Source of the DNA: Prorocentrum cordatum
Lineage: Eukaryota
Assembly (NCBI GenBank): GCA_963575745.1
Contig: CAUYUJ010000081.1
Coordinates: 186,001 to 250,000, forward strand
Direction of reading: 5' to 3'
DNA length: 64,000 nt
In this document: piece by piece, positions 25,070-38,958 of the stretch
How the letters are laid out: every line of letters begins with the position of its first letter
How positions within the stretch are numbered: the first letter of the stretch is position 1
Position numbers and translations under genes: made by a program
Notes under the pieces: model-generated
The model's input: the letters and a program-made list of their open reading frames with translations, nothing else
Told to the model about the DNA's origin: nothing
The model's database searches: none

Positions 25070-26520
25070 CCCGCGCGGACTTCTTGGATCGGCGCTGCTG
25101 GCGCGCGGAGCACGCCAGGATGCGCCGCCATGTGCTCCAGTGCCGATCCGAGAGATCCGAGCGGACCTTCGAAAAATTGTGTGCTTGGACTTCTGGTTCC
25201 TCCTGCCCCTTCTGGTAAGGCTTTGGGCTGCGCGCGAACAGTCCCCCCACGTCTTCCCGGCTGACCTCAGCAGGCCCCCCGGGCAGCCCGGGGCAGTCCC
25301 AACAGGAGTGCCCCAGGCGCCCGGATGTTGAGACCAACCTCGAGTGCCAGGGGCCTGATGAGGCCAACTTGGACTACTCGGGGGACCTGCTGAGGCCAGC
25401 CAGAACTACTGGGGGGGGGGGGCTGTCTGCGCGCAGCCCGAAGTCCTACCTGCCCCCTCCGCATGTTCCTCCCCGCGTGCCCCCTCCCCCCAATAGCCGC
25501 CGGCAACGGGTACGCGCAAAAATTGCTACGATGCACAACAACGAGTTTTGTGCCAAGACGGCAGCGGCTGCTGGGCAGGCGGCCGGCCGTCTCAAATGGG
25601 CAGCGTCCGTCGTCCGTGGCGACGCCGACAGCGAGCCTGGTTCAAGATGGACAAGGTCTGCTGTCGGTCTTGGTACCCATGCTTTCCGTGCCCATTTCGA
25701 TCGTACCGACCCTCTGCCGCTGATGTGAGGGGCAACGATAGGGTGACTGGCAACATCGACCCGGAATCGGCTATACAGCGCCGATAGATCGGCGTTCGGC
25801 CCCTGGACAGCGAATACGCACGTTCCTCGGCGGGGTGAGGCTATCAAACCCCTATCGGCAACCAATGGACGATGGGGGGTCGATGCATCCCCCCAAATGG
25901 ATGATGGGGGGTTGATGCATCCCCCCCTGGGCCTGCATCCCCACCGTCGTTGCCCCGTGACGTTCGAAGCATACATCCGCTCGCCGGCGGCCGTTCTAGA
26001 CGATCTGGGCACCCCGAGAGCGCCCGAGAACGCCCTCGACAAGGCGCAGCCGCTGGAAAGCATCCCGAGGCTGGAAAACCGCCGAGAACCGACGAAAGCG
26101 CCCAACAACTCGAACCTCGAGCCTCGAACCTAACGTTGCCCCTGTGCCACCACCACCACCACCCTCGATCGTTGCCTTTGATGGTGCCCTGCCGGGGGAC
26201 CCTGGGCGACTGCCAGGCGAGCAGAGGAGGTGAAGGTGGCAGCGGCAGGAGCAGTATCGTCAGGGGGCGCGCCCTCCTCCAGGGGCCGAGGGCGGTCAGA
26301 GTTTGCTGACCCTTGGGGCTCCTCGGCGTGGGAGGTCGGGGGCGAAGACAAACAGAGGAACAAAACATGGTACGAACATCGACTTTCGGAGGTCCGCGCC
26401 GATTCCTTGTATCTGCGCTCGACCCCAATCCATGGCGCGCGGAGCGCCCCAAGCGCGCCAGGGGCGGCGCTGGAGGCGCCGCCAAGGGGGCAAGGCGCAG
26501 ATCCAAGAACTCCGCACGGC
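25070..26520. repeat. Inverted pair of a dispersed ~200-bp repeat (25070-25260 forward, 26300-26520 reverse); third copy at ~17180-17360
   Basis: CCGCGCGGACTTCTTGGATCGGCGC at 25071 versus GCGCAGATCCAAGAACTCCGCACGG near 26495, and TGCGGATTTCTTGGATCTGC near 17181. Confidence 0.55.
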
Positions 26521-26726
26521 ACTCCGAAAGTGAATGCTTATGCTACTCTTCTTTTTCGAAACATCAAGGGGCCAGGGAGTCACAACCAAATCTGCAACGA
26601 TTCCAGAATTCCCCATCTGTTGCCATAGTTCCTGGATGGTCCTGTTGCCCTCCATGTTTGTCCTGACATGTGGGGCAATACCACGGGAACTTGCAACTAC
26701 CCAAACTGTGACCGGTTAGTTGCAAC

Positions 26727-26761
<35 letters not shown>

Positions 26762-26762
26762 C

Positions 26763-26783
26763 CCGTAGCCGTTTCAGCTCAAG
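26763..26783 (+). other. DinoSL relic after (CT)n, upstream of copia gag
   Basis: CCGTAGCCGTTTCAGCTCAAG matches 18/21 to the SL. Confidence 0.7.
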
Positions 26784-26896
26784 TAGTTCTTGAGGCCAGG
26801 TGAAAAGAACATCTGATCATGTAAGTAAGCGTGAGCGGTGGACGCTTGATTGCGGCCACACCGCTTATACGCGAGACACTGGCAGGCATCGCCGCG

Positions 26897-29640
26897 ATGG
26901 AGGCGATGATGCAGCAGATGCAGGCGACCGTGGCGGAGCTGCAGGCAGCGAACCAGCGCCTCCAGCAGCAGGTGGACGCCCAGGTTGCGGCTGGGACGCA
27001 GGCGCAGGGCGCTGCAGCAGCCGAAGCAACTGCGGCAGGACCACAGGCGGGAGTCCTGGACACGCGAGTTCGGGGAAGCCTGACTACTTCGACCGGACTT
27101 GAAGCAAGCGGGCGGACTGAGCCGTGGTGACACGCGCATTCTGCATGGTGCTGGACGAGCTGATGGGCGAGCTGATGGACAGCACGGCCAACTTCGAGCA
27201 TGCGCCGAGGAGTGCCGTGATGACCCCGGAGGAGGTGGCGAACTCCAAGAAACTCTGCTACCTACATATTGATGATGTTGGTGCGGACCCAGGCCTTGAA
27301 CATCGCAGTGAACGCCGGAGTCGGAAAAGGACTGGCGGGATGGTACCAGTTGGTGGCCCATTACGAGCGACGGGCCATGACGGGGCAAGTCGGCATGTTG
27401 GTCGAGCTGCTGGAATTCTCTGTCTCAGGCGATGTGGAGAGCTGCCTAGAGGAGTTCGACAGGACGTGCTTCAAGCACGACTCGCGGGTGGCCAACGACA
27501 GAACCTAAATCCGAGTCCATGAAGGTCGGTGTGGTCATCCAGAATCTCGAGGACGGCCCGCTTCGCTCGCACTTGCTTCTCAACATCGGCAAGCAGGACA
27601 ACTGGGCCAAGCTCAGAGAGGAAGCCTGGCAAATCCGAACGGCTCAGACGGCTCGCACCATGTCGGGGCCCGTGACGATGGAGATCGCGGCCTTCAGTCA
27701 CCATCGCCCTCCTCCTCCTCCTGCGCCGTACGGCGGTCGGATCCCAAGTGGTCGCGGGGGCAAAGAGCAGCCGAAAGGCAAGACGGGCAAGAACAACGAT
27801 GTGGCGTGCAACAACTATGAGCGCCGCTGGCGCCCAGGAGGAAGAGCAGCTAAGGACGGAGGCAAGGATGCAGGCAAAAGCCCACCAGGGAAAGCTTCGA
27901 TGGTGAGACCAATGAGGGCAAGGACCGGAGACTCGGTGGTGGATCTGGAAGGGCGTCGACACCAAAAACGTCGTCTGCCACAAGTGCCGCAATTGCAACA
28001 AGAGGAGGCACTGCATGAGGGACTGCCCGCTGAAGAATGGCAACAAGACGGCCGAATCCCTGGAGAACGACACGGAGGACGAGGTGCCGGAGCTGCAGGG
28101 CCTCTTCGTCAACGCCTTTCAGGGGCCCAGGGCTCCTGGGGTGACTCGAGCACGGGAGGCGTGCCAGAATATCCGGATGAGCGTCGACTCCTGCGCGGGC
28201 GTGACGATGGTTCCCGCTGCGAAGTTCGAGGCTTACCCATTGCCCATTGCACGCGACGAGGGAGTCGATGCCTGGAGCTTGTTGCTACAGGACTGCGAAC
28301 AACCAGGCTGCAGACAAGGGGGCTACACCTCTGGTGGGCTTCGTGAAGAGCCACGAGAGCATGAGGGCTTAAAGGCGAGAAGTGCCGACGTGTCGAGGGG
28401 GTTCCTATGTGTGGTGGAGCTGGTGGACGCTGGGCACCGCGTGATCTTCGAGACGAAGGCTAGGGTGGACATCTCGCGCGCCGAGCACGTCGAAAGCAAA
28501 GAGGCCATCCCCTTGGAGAGGGTCAAGAAGATCTACGAGATGGAATGGAACATCGCGCCATGGACCGAGGTGTAGAAACGAGCGAGCCGCGCAAACAGGG
28601 CGGGGCACGCCAGCCAGAGGTCCCATCGCCTTGGCGCCGCTCGCGGCGCCGGCAGCGGCGGAAGCACAACCGCCGCCAGGAGGTGAGGAGATGGAGGCCC
28701 AGCAGGCGCTGGAGGCGGAGACGCAGGAGAGGCCACTGGCTCGAGCAGCCAGGGCTCTGGCGGCCCCGAGCCGTCGCGAGATCGAGGAGCACGAGGTGAG
28801 CCACGAGCCGCACAGGGCATGGTGTCCATCGTGCGTGGCTGGGCGGGGCCTCGACGACAAGCAGGTCCAAGCCGATCATGCGGCTGACGCGCTGGCATTG
28901 TACGGCTTCGACTACGGCTACATCACGGAGCGACAAGACGCGTCACCCATCATCTTCAGCAGGGACCGCAAGCATAGGTGGATCGTTTGCTGCAGGGTCC
29001 CTTCGAAAAGGCCCAGGACGATTGGACATATCAGGATATGGCGCGCGGCAGGGTAGTCCTACGGGGCGACGTGGGACCAGCCCACGAGGCATTCAAGAAG
29101 GAGCCGGGCAAGGAGCTGCGCGTGAAGTGCGACATCGAAGTGTCCCCGAGAAGTCCGCGGACAGGCGGAAGCAGCTGCGAAGGCTGACAAGGCGAAAGTA
29201 CACACCCTGAGACACGACGCCACCGAGAATATGCTACGGATGGAGATCGGAGCATCGCACGCCATCATCCCATGGATGGTGCTGCACGCGGCTGGGCAGA
29301 TCAACCGAGCGAGAACAGGCATTGATGGGAAAACGGCGTACATGTGGAGGTACGGGGAAGACTTCAAGATGGCGCTTGCCGCCGTTCGCCGAGAATGTGA
29401 TGTTTCCTACCTCTGGGAAACGCCAGTCGACTGCATGACCATTACCAGCCAGGCATGTTCCTAGGTATCGAAGACGACATAAACTCCTACTTTTGATCGG
29501 CACCGCAGCCGGAGCGGCACATGCCAGAGCCATTCGAAGGATGGCGGAGGGCGCGAAGATCGACACTGAGATGGTGAACCAAGTGATCGGGACGCCTAGG
29601 CGGAGGAAGCCGCGCGATGACCCAGCGCCCGGCGAGATCT
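26897..29640 (+). mobile_element. Ty1/copia LTR retrotransposon 5' half: gag, zinc knuckle, protease, integrase (decayed)
   Basis: Coiled-coil N-terminus, LDTR..GKPDYFD, GPVTMEI, knuckle CRNCNKRRHCMRDC, protease VDSCAG, integrase HHCC (HEVSHEPHRAWCPSC), FDYGY, and WMVLHAA..INR..GIDGKTAY. The PR-IN order is copia-type. Confidence 0.85.
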
Positions 29641-29699
29641 TGAGGCACGCGTGGCCCATCATCATGAAGGCGCCGCCCGTGGCAAGAGGAGGGAGGTGT

Positions 29700-32166
29700 C
29701 GGAGATGCGTCATGTTCTTGAATCTGGAGAGACATGTTGTCGACCGACTTGGGGGCAAGATTTGCCCATCCGCTCGTCGCCCGACGAGGCGAACAAGAAG
29801 ATCGAATACAGCCCGAACCCTACTGCGATCAGCGAGTACGCGAATCGATTTGCGCACCTTCGCCCGCGAGGCCGGCAATTCTGCTCACTGCAACTGTTCC
29901 CTGATCCGCGCCGGCGAACTGTTGTGCATCTAGTCAGTCCGCAAAAGAATGCGTGCAAGCTCGCATCGAAGAATACGTCGAGCTGGGATGGCATCTTGTC
30001 GCTACGCGGCTCGTGCCACGGATCGCCAGAGGATCAGTTTGCTGGCTGTCGTCGTCGGTCCGTTCACAAACATAGAATTTCACGCATGTCTCGCAACTTC
30101 ACGCGTCACTTGTTTGTATACGCGGAAACGGACAGGAGGCGAGCAGAAAGATAGATCCGGCCTTCTCCGGAAATCTTCGAATGATCGTGAAAACAAATAT
30201 ATGTTTGAATGTCGCATGTGGCATGAACTGAGCGTGAAAACGCAGAGGCGGTTGATGCTGCAGAACCACCTGGAGCGAGGCGTGGTCAGAGATGCCCTAC
30301 TGCTCCAGCGCATCGGGGAGATCTCGAACCTTTGCAGAGACGTGCAGCTGCGTGACCAGCCAACTCGACGCGGATAGGAACACCCTGCCGATCTTTGAAA
30401 CGTGTTGCTCGTGATAAGAGTACGTGTATGTTCATCTGATGACATTTCGAGGAGTTGCTGCACGAGGGAGCGTCATGGGGATCTCCAATGCCTAAGCCAT
30501 TTGGCGAGGGCCCTGTGCGTATCGAGGTGAGCATGTGTCACAACCGACCGAAATTTGTGTGCCGCCCGGTTGAAGTCTCCTGACAGGACGACGCGGTAAT
30601 GACCAGGACGACGTGATGACTTTGTGCTGCTGAACGATTGTCTTGATACGTGTGATCTGTCGTGCTGTAAGTCCGTGCTGATGTACATTGAAGTGAACGC
30701 TGGACCTGTGATCTTTATTTTTTTCTGGCAGGTGCCTACGCCGAACTCAGTAAGCGATACTCGACCAGGAAGGATAACCTCAGACGTGACCAGGGTATCT
30801 GCTCGTGCCCACGATGGGATCTTCGGGAAAAAAAAACGTGATGGTTCCTCCGTTCCTTTCGGGATCCCCGCAGCAAAACACCCGAAATTCACTTTCGAGT
30901 TAGACATGTCAAATGAAGTCGTAAAATTCGTCAACGCTGCCGTGCAACACTTGAATCGCGACGATGTTGGAACCCCCCATTACCGAACGCAGGTACCTGA
31001 GCTGACGGGATTTCGTTTCCTGGCTGCTGTTGGAAAAGGCATTAAAATTCCAGGTGGCCAGACCATGGCAAAGTACAGTGGGAGATGCCGACCGCGTCGA
31101 TAGCTTGATCAACTTGAGCCATGCGTTAGAGACTCCCCTCTTCAGCCGACTAAGAGGTTGCGAAGAGCTGCTCAATGCCCTTGGCGATGTTGGCCCTGCT
31201 GGGGTCGAGCGCGTCCAATGCCTTCTGGTCGTACTCGATGAAGGGCCCCACTTTCTGGCAGGGTGTGACCTTGAGGAAGACGCGCCACTGTGGCGAGATC
31301 TTGCCAGTAGTGCGGTCGGCGAAGAAAGTGGCGCCGTTGTATTTGTCATTTGGCACGTTCTTGGTTTTATCAAATTCCAGCTCGCGCCGAATCTGCGCCA
31401 GGTGCCTGTCCGTAGAGACGTAGATGTCCGCGTTCCGGCGCAAGGCAGAGAAGGCTGTGAAACAGCGGAATGTGCCATAATCCATATTGATGTTACCATG
31501 AGCTTGGGAGACCATACGAGCGGCCCATCCACGGGCATCTTTGCCCTTGACAATGAAACGCTGGCCTGCTTCATGATCGTCAACCGTCCATGATCCGTCT
31601 TCGAAGTTGGTTGGACGCCTGAGCCTTGGCGACCAGGACAACGGTGCGGACGACGAAGATGGTGGGATCGGCCTTGAGATGGAATGCCGCGCTTGGCTGT
31701 TCAGTCGGAGGGTCGGAGGGGTCGTCAGGAGGGGGTCCGAAGAGCCCGGAGTCCACATCCACCTGGCTAGGCACAGCATGAGGGACACTACCATGGGCAG
31801 CAGGGCGATGTGCCGACGAAGCAACGGCCGCCGCAGAGGCACTTCCTTTGCCATGGAACCCACGTTGTTGCGGCTTCAGTACGAGGGGCCTGTGCAGCCA
31901 GTTCACCACGCTCAGCAGAGGGAGCTGGCGGAAAGCACCTGAACGATAAGCCAGAGCAGAACTGTCAGGAAGACCGCAGCCAGACTCAGGCATGGCACAA
32001 GGATAGAAAGAGTAGGGAACGACGTGTCTGCGGAGGCGAATGGGGCTGGCCAGCCGCAGGAACGCAAATGGAACGTCCGCCTGCGCTCGATACGCAAGAA
32101 AGCTCAAGGCGCAGAGCTGCCTGCTTAGATGGGGTCAATTCCTACTTGAGCCTAAGTGGCAGCGGA
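29700..32166 (-). mobile_element. 5' part of a LINE (ORF1 plus APE endonuclease), headed by an SL relic, decayed
   Basis: ORF1-like 31150..31863. APE motifs ATWN (31047-31055), IVAIQ.LHG, GDFN (30569-30580) and SDH (30282-30290) are in the correct order. Confidence 0.8.
32145..32166 (-). other. DinoSL relic at the 5' end of the minus-strand LINE
   Basis: TCCGCTGCCACTTAGGCTCAAG matches 18/22 to the SL and directly abuts a (CCT)n/(GGA)n tract. Confidence 0.7.
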
Positions 32167-32289
32167 CCTCCTCCTCCTCATCCTCCTCCTCCTGCGTCTC
32201 CTCATCCACCTCCTCTTCCTCCTCTTCCTCCTCACCATCATCATATGCCTCCTCACCCCCCACCTCAATACCCCCCCATGCTCCCCCCC

Positions 32290-32760
32290 ATCTCTCCCCG
32301 TCAGCTTTGGGTGCGCACGGGCAATGGCGAGGCCGACAAGGCAGCTAACCTTGGCGCTGCTTCCCACCACAGAGCTTCTGAAGACGAGTTGGGAAGACGG
32401 GCCTTCGGAATGCGAGTGTCCAAATCGGCCTGCGCGTTGTGCTGCCATCGTTGACCTCTCTGAATGTGATTGAATTGCCCCTCCCGCGGCCCCAAAGGAA
32501 CCTCAAGGCAGGTATCTCCTCATGTGTGGGCCCATGTTTCCTTGGGGATGAGTTCGGGGTTCTGGCGCTGCCATAACTGTTTGAGAGCGCTCAAGGAGAG
32601 AGGGAACCAGCCCCCTCCTGGAGGGATTCGCCCTAACTCCTCTAAGATGGATGACCGCGCCCTTCGGGCCTTGCATCACGAGGCTGTTGCATGGTTGAAT
32701 CCGGGTGGCTCCTTCGTTACACCTTGTGTGAAATGCCATTATTATGCAACATTGAATTAC
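32290..32760 (+). pseudogene. LINE 3' fragment: RNase H C-terminus and Cys-rich tail
   Basis: GNGEADKAANLGA..H (RNase H terminal helix), then WRCHNC and CVKCHYYA. Confidence 0.6.
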
Positions 32761-32884
32761 CGTAGCACCCCGCAGGTGCGGATAAGAGTGAAGGGGCGGT
32801 GGGGACGTCAGCAGTTTGCGAGACTCCGGAGAAGCCCGCCGCAGGCGCCGATTTTTCGCTAATCCAATGTGGGTAGGTTGCGAG

Positions 32885-33205
32885 GTCGTCGCGGGTGGGT
32901 CGCAAATGGTTCGCGGGTGGGTCGCGGGTGGGTCGCGGGTGGGTCGCGGGTGGGTCGCGGGGTGGGTCGCGGCTTGGGTCGCGGGTGGGTCGCGGGTGGG
33001 TCGCGGGTGGGTCGCGGGTGGGTCGCGGGGTGGGTCGCGGGTGGGTCGCGGGTGGGTTGCGGGTGGGTCGCGGGTGGGTCGCGGGTGGGGTCGCGGGTGG
33101 GTCGCGGCTGTGGTCGCGGGTGGGTCGCGGGTGAGGTCGCGGAGTGGGTCGCGGGTGGGTCGCTGGGTGGGTCGCGGGGATGGTCGCGGGTGGGTCGCGG
33201 GTGGG
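32885..33205. repeat. (GGGTCGCGGGT)n 11-bp tandem repeat
   Basis: Seen directly. The upstream head GCACCCC..TGCGGATAAGAGTGA (32765) is also found at ~24529, followed by the same 11-mer. Confidence 0.9.
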
Positions 33206-33267
33206 ACGACGACAACAAACAAAAACGGCAACAACACCAAAAACAACAACAACAACAATAACACCAC

Positions 33268-34249
33268 TCATGTTACCCGCATGCGCGATGCTTCCACACG
33301 AAACATGCGACCATCATGATGACCACCCCCATCATGGGGGACTATTGTTCTATAGCGGGGTCCGTTATTCTCATTCCCAGATCTCCCGCCCAATGAGGTC
33401 TTGCAAACACCTCCTCCGAAAAAGTTCAATATATCCCGCCTCGAAAACGCATGCCCACGTCTTGCTGCGCCGATGCGAGACGGCCAGTGGAGCCCCAGCC
33501 AAGGGTAAAGCACAAGGAAGTATCGAGCGACAGGATTGCCTTGGTGAAGATGGGTGCTGCCGGCGGCGAGGCAAGGACCTGGCCCTGAATAGAAAGGGAG
33601 GAAGTCTCGAGCAGGGCCGCTGTTGTTGCTGGGAGCGGCGCAAATGCTGAAGAGAGTAGGGCGGTAGTCCAGCGTAAAAATAACGAAGTCTCGAGCGGGA
33701 ACGCTGGTTTGTTGTGACGGCGGTTGCCGGCGGCGAGGAGGAACACCACCTTGAGTAAGAAACGAAGGAAGTCTCGAGCGCGACCCGTGGTTTTGTCGGG
33801 ACGGGGGCTGTCGGCGGCGAGGAAGAGCACCGTCCTGAGGAACAACAAAAGGCTTCCGGCGGCGAGGAAGAGCACCGCCTTGAGTAAAAAAGGCGGAGGT
33901 CTCGAGCGGGAGCGTTGTTGTTGTTGGGGGCGGCGCCGATGAGAGAAAGATTAGCGCGCCAGTCCAAGGTAAACGGGAGGAAGTCTCGAGCGGTAGCGCT
34001 GGTTTTGTTGGGACGGCGGTTTTCGGCGGCAAGCAAAAGCACCAGCCCTGAGTGAAAAAGGAAGAAGTCTCGAGCGGGAGCGTTGTAGTTGTTGTTGGCC
34101 CGTTTTGGGCCCCCCCAAAGCCGCTCGAACGCGAGCCTCATTTTCAATGAACATGTAGCATGCGCCGAAGCGAGAGCGCCAAAGCGCCGGGGGGGTCTAA
34201 CAATAATAACTGTTTCATAGTTAGCACCCAGCAGCAACAGCAACAAAAA

Positions 34250-34309
<60 letters not shown>

Positions 34310-37300
34310 AACCACCACCACCACCACCAACAACAACAACAATCATTTTAAGACTGTTCGCCTTTATCTGCTCGAATGTCGAATACGCGAATTTCCCAAA
34401 CCCTCGATGCCCGCCCTTTTCGTCTTCGATCGAACCCTTTTTGGTGGGTATACCTTTCTTCCCTGCAGGCCGGGCCCCAGCAAACGGCGGGGCGGCCGCG
34501 GACCGTCGGCCTGGCCAGCGGCAGCGCTGATCGGCGGGGCAGCCGCGGACCGTCGACCCGACCCCAAGAGGGACGGACAGGGGACCGACCACGACGACGA
34601 CGACGACGTCGACGACGACGGCAACGACGGCGACGGCGACGACGACGACGAGCGAAAGCAAGAGCGAGAGAGAACGACAGCAGAGCCACGAAGGACACGA
34701 AGTAGGCCACGAAGGGCGACAGCGGGGACACGAAGGGAATGCGTACGGGGCCACGAAGAGCGCGGACGAGCGTGGGCCACGAAGGGCTGATAATGCGGGG
34801 CCACAGAAGGCAACGATGGGGCCACTGAGGGTAGCACCTGGGCCACGTAGGACAATGAGGGGACCACAAACGGCGACAGCGGGGTCACGAAGGGCGTGCA
34901 CATGGGGCCACAACGGGCGCGGACGAGCAGGGGCCACGAAGGGCATACGTATGTTGGGCCGCAGAGGGTAAGGACGGGGCCACTGAGGGCAGCAACGGGG
35001 ACACGAAGGGCAGCGAGGGGGCCACGAAGGGCGACAGCGGGGCCACGAAGGGCATGCATATATGGGGCCACGAAACAAAGCGCGGGGGCCACGAAGGGCT
35101 GCAACGCGGCCACGAAGGGCAGCGAGGGGGCCACGACGGGCTGCAACGGGGCCACGAAGGGCTGCAACGGGGCCACGAAGGGCAGCGAGGGGGCCACGAA
35201 GGGCTACAACGGGGCCGCGAAACAAAATGAGGGGGCCACGAAGGGCTGCAACGGGGCCACGAAGGGCAGCGAGATCCCGATTCCTAGATAATATGTGAAG
35301 GAGTCCTAAGCGTGAGCGCGACTCCTGGGTGCCTGGGTGTCGGGAGCGCGGCGCTGGAGTAAATTGCAAGAAATTCAAACGCAACGGCACTATTTTTTAA
35401 TAGATTGCAAGCACGTTTCCAGCGAGAGCGCGACTCTAGAGCGCAGGAGGAGCGATTCCTGAATACATCGTAAGGAAGTCCCAAGCGAGAGCGCGACCCT
35501 TGAATGAATTGCGAGGAAGTCTCAGGCGGGAGCGGGTGCCCTGGCTAAATTGTGAGGAAGTCTCAGGCGGGAGCCGTTGTTGGTGTAACCCGGGGGCCAG
35601 GGGGCAAGTTTGAGCAGGAAGACTTTCCTGGGCAAAAAAACAAAGTGCGAGCCCCGGGGGGGGGGGGGCACTTCAAATGAAAAAAATCCAACGCGCCCCG
35701 GTGAGGGGGGATCAACACTAATGATTCTTCAGGAATGGGAGTTCAACAACAACAACAACAAACAAACAAACATTTTAAGACTGCTCGCTCCTATCTGCCC
35801 GCGTGTCATTCACTATGCATATGCCAAACCCTGGATACCCGCCCTCTTCGTATTCGATCGTACCCCTCTTGGGGGGTTATAGTTCTTCCCGGCCACGTGT
35901 AATTGGAGAGGCGCGGGAGGCGAACCCGCAATCAGCGGCAGCGAGCTGTGGCACTTGTCGGTGAGACCCCGTTTCACTTGTCGCAAGCAGACATCAGCGG
36001 CAATCCACACTGAGACCCCGTTTCATTAGCCATAACGCTGGAGTCGCTGCGTGCAAGAAAGCGAAATACGGCAGTGGACAATGTTGTTGCCCAGCGGCCC
36101 CGCGGGAGCTGAAGACGGAGCCCGACGTCATCAATCACATTGCTGGGATTCGCGCGTGCGGGAATGTGATCAGCCATATATACAATAACGAAGCGCCAGC
36201 ACTACAGCGCCAAAATCCGCTTGTGCGAAAAGGGTAAGCCTCAGGTCAGAGTTCTATTCCCTCGGAGAGGCGCGTATGAGAACAATAAGTATCCTTCAGG
36301 AGTGAGAGCTCGAAGGAGGTCCCAGGCGGGAGCGCCGTTATGAGAGTTCAACGTAGCTCGGTTGCGCGGGAGGTCCCAAGCGGGAGCGCCGTTCCTTGAG
36401 TAAATTGCGCGGAAGTCTCAGGCGGGAGCGGGGGTCCTGAGTAAATTACGAGGAAGTCTCAGGCGGGAGCACCGATCCTGAGTAAATTGTGAGGACGTCT
36501 AAGGCGGGCGCGGGGGTCATGAGTCAATTGTGAAGAAGTCTGAGGCGGGAACCGTTGTTGTTGTAATCTGGGAGGGCAACAACGCAGCTTGAGGATCAAG
36601 GTTTTCCCCGATAAGAAACCGGGTGCGAGCGTCGAGGGGCGCACTTTGAGAAAAAAACAGTGTGCACAGGTGGAGGGAATCAACAATAATTATTCTTTGA
36701 AAATATGAGTATTCAACAACAACAACAACAATCACTTTACCCGAACGCTCAGTGTTCTCACCAGTGCCAGGGTTTTCATGCGACGCCAGCCAATACCCCC
36801 ACTTTGTGGGGGGGCAGTGCAAGCTCTACCAAATATCCACACGACTCTTCGCCACCACCCACACCCAGCTTCCCGCCCTATGACGTTCGGACACTTCACT
36901 TCGTGGCCTGCGGACGACCGTGGCTACTACACTGGCGTGGAGTACACACCCACAGAAGTTGTTAAGCCTACGTTCGTACACCCACAGAAGTTGTTAAGCC
37001 TTGTTAACCCACAGAAGTTGTGAAGCCTTCCACAGAACATCTGTTGCATATGATGCATATGGTACATGATACACATGATACACATGATACGTACTCACAA
37101 GATAGTTGATCACATCTTTAGGGCAAATTCCTGAGGGATGTGTCCCGCATGGTATTATTTGACAGGGATGATGGCCCTGGCAGGTGCGCAACCGTTGTCG
37201 CAGAAGTTCGAAAAAGTTGCTCGCAAAAGCCCGTTTGACAGAAATGTTTAAAAAGTGTTGGGTTTCCTACGAATCCGCAAGAGCGCGCGGGATGAGATTT

Positions 37301-37653
37301 TGACATTTTTTTTGAAAAACCATTGGTTTTTTGATGTTTTTATGTTAAAATCGCTACGAACACTAAGGTTTTGGAAGGATTTCGTCTTGCGCGCGCGAAT
37401 GTCCACTTTACCTTTTTTTTTTGCAAGGGATTCTTGAAATTTGATTATATTAGAACAAGAAATGTCATTTTCTATTGTTTTTTGCAAGGGAAAGCGGATT
37501 ACAACAAAACAACCGGATCCTGTACACACCCTCTTTTCTGAGGCTTCCTCACGAAAATGATGAAAATGTAGCTGCGGCCTAGGCGGCGCAGGGGGGGCGC
37601 GCACCAGGGGGCCCAACAATAATTATTCTTTAGAATAAATAATGTTCAACAAC

Positions 37654-37703
<50 letters not shown>

Positions 37704-37711
37704 GCAGCAGC

Positions 37712-37757
<46 letters not shown>

Positions 37758-38844
37758 CATTTTACCCGAACGCGTGGTGTTCTCCCCAGTGCCAGGGTTT
37801 TCATACGACACCAGGCAATACCCCCACTTCGTGGGGGGGCATTACAAGCTCTACCAAATATCCAAACGACTCTTCGCGACCACCCAAACCCAGCTTCCCG
37901 CCCTATGACGTTGGGACACTTCACTTCGTGGCGTGCGGACGACCGTGGCTACTACACTGGCGTGGGGTACACACCCACAGAACTTGGTCACTTATTCGGG
38001 GCGCGCATGTGCCCAGCATGGTGCAATTGTGCCATACAATACATAATACAGAGAGACAGAGAGAGAGAGACAGAGAGCAGACAGAGAGAGAGACAGAGAG
38101 AGCGGAGTTGGTCACATTTTTGGGTCAAGTTCCTGGGTTCAAGTAAATGCTGGAAAACCATTGGTTGTTTTAGGATTCGGACAGCGCGCGCGGGTGGAAA
38201 TTTTGAAAAGTCGTGCAGGTGTTTTTCGAGGACCTACGGTGCGATTCGTGTGATTTTATGATGCGCGGTGCTAGAATTCTTAAAAAGCCAATGGTTTTTG
38301 GAGATTTCGGCGTGCGCGCGCGAAGAAAAAACGAATGTGTCCCGCATGGTATTATTTGACAGGGATGATGGCCCTGGCAGGTGCGCAACCGTTGTCGCAG
38401 AAGTTCGAAAAAGTTGCTCGCAAAAGCCCGTTTGACAGAAATGTTTAAAAAGTGTTGGGTTTCCTACGAATCCGCAAGAGCGCGCGGGATGAGATTTTGA
38501 CATTTTTTTGTTGAAAAACCATTGGTTTTTTGATGTTTTTATGTTAAAATCGCTCCGAACACTAAGCTTTTGGAAGGATTTCGTCTTGCGCGCGCGAATG
38601 TCCACTTTACCTTATTTTTTGCAAGGGATTCTTGAAATTTGATTATATTAGAACAAGAAATGTCATTTTATAGTGTTTTTTGCAAGGGAAAGCGGGGGGG
38701 AACAAAACAACCGGATCTTGATCACATCGAATTACCTGAGGCTTCCTCACGAAAATGATGAAAATGTAGCTGCGGCCTAGGCGGCGCAGGGGGGCCGTGC
38801 ACCAGGGGCCCCAACAATAATTATTCTTTAGAATTAATAATGTT
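33268..38844 (+). mobile_element. Head-to-tail array of five ~0.9-1.4-kb modules separated by (CAA)n tracts
   Basis: Modules are 33268-34229, 34343-35743, 35771-36713, 36732-37646 and 37757-38844. Each starts with a TCATTTTA-like motif and ends with a CAACAATAATTATTCTTT...GTT-like motif. 37139-37646 is nearly identical to 38336-38844. Confidence 0.7.
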
Positions 38845-38917
38845 CAACACACGCAATTACAACAACAACAATAATAACAACACACGCAATTACAACAACA
38901 ATAACAACAACTACATC

Positions 38918-38958
<41 letters not shown>

